From the NCBI GenBank assembly GCA_964016885.1, contig OZ024741.1, forward strand, positions 66,402,001 to 66,466,000: DNA of 64,000 bases, read 5' to 3'. Position numbers and translations under genes: made by a program. Below are positions 63,479-64,000 of this stretch, piece by piece. Within the stretch, counting starts at the first letter, position 1; each line of letters opens with the position of its first letter. This DNA is from Eledone cirrhosa. Taxonomy: Eukaryota. The notes under the pieces are model-generated. The model searched no databases, was not told the DNA's origin, and saw only the letters and a program-made list of their open reading frames with translations.

Positions 63479-64000
63479 ATAAGACATGGGCAAATACTTA
63501 GAAAAACACATCAAGAAAATCAAAAAAAGATATAGATAAATGAAATAGAAATTGAAATATATAAAAAATCTGTCAAGAAATATAGTTAGGTGTGTGTATA
63601 TGTATGTATATACGCTCACAGATGTGCATATATGTATATGCGCACATGTGTATGTATAGTGAGAAAGTGTGCGTAATTCTAAAATTTAGGGCAAATGTAT
63701 CTATATGTCTGTATTATACAGACAAAAATGGTTACATCGTAAATATATGAATATGAAGGCGCGCGCATAAAACGCCTGGACACTCGTACGCTTAGGTGCG
63801 GAAAGAAAGGAGGTAAGGGAGAGTAATAATTAAAAAAAAAGTATCAGTCTCGATATATTTATAAAAATATAATAACGATAAATTAGAAAGAAAAGATATT
63901 AGAAAGAAAAAATTAAAGAAAACAAAAAAGGGGGGTACATACATACACAGACACGCGTGTCTCACAAAAGAAATGTAAAAATAATTATGCTTATATACAC

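Overview
Repeat-dominated eukaryotic DNA with no recognisable host gene. The SINE families and microsatellite density suggest an octopus or other cephalopod (inference). Main contents: (1) a head-to-tail array of five Tx1-clade (L1 group) non-LTR retrotransposon pieces joined by (TATC)n tracts at 1-12.6 kb, including a full-length copy with an intact 1145-aa EN-RT ORF2; (2) a decayed full-length sister Tx1 flanked instead by (TTA)n at 56.9-62.9 kb; (3) a nest of R4/Dong-clade elements and RTE-derived pieces inside (TATG)n tracts at 46.9-53.9 kb; (4) Penelope-like (PLE) remnants and pLTR inverted repeats at (TA)n tracts, with several hammerhead-ribozyme motifs, including a complete U3-A8 core variant and a 43-bp hammerhead-like tandem array; (5) an 11-kb 57-bp minisatellite with higher-order structure, a non-autonomous Helitron, mariner-type MITEs, CRE fragments and tRNA-derived SINEs. 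The most notable pattern is that each retroelement lineage occupies its own microsatellite type. All structure and identity statements were made by eye.
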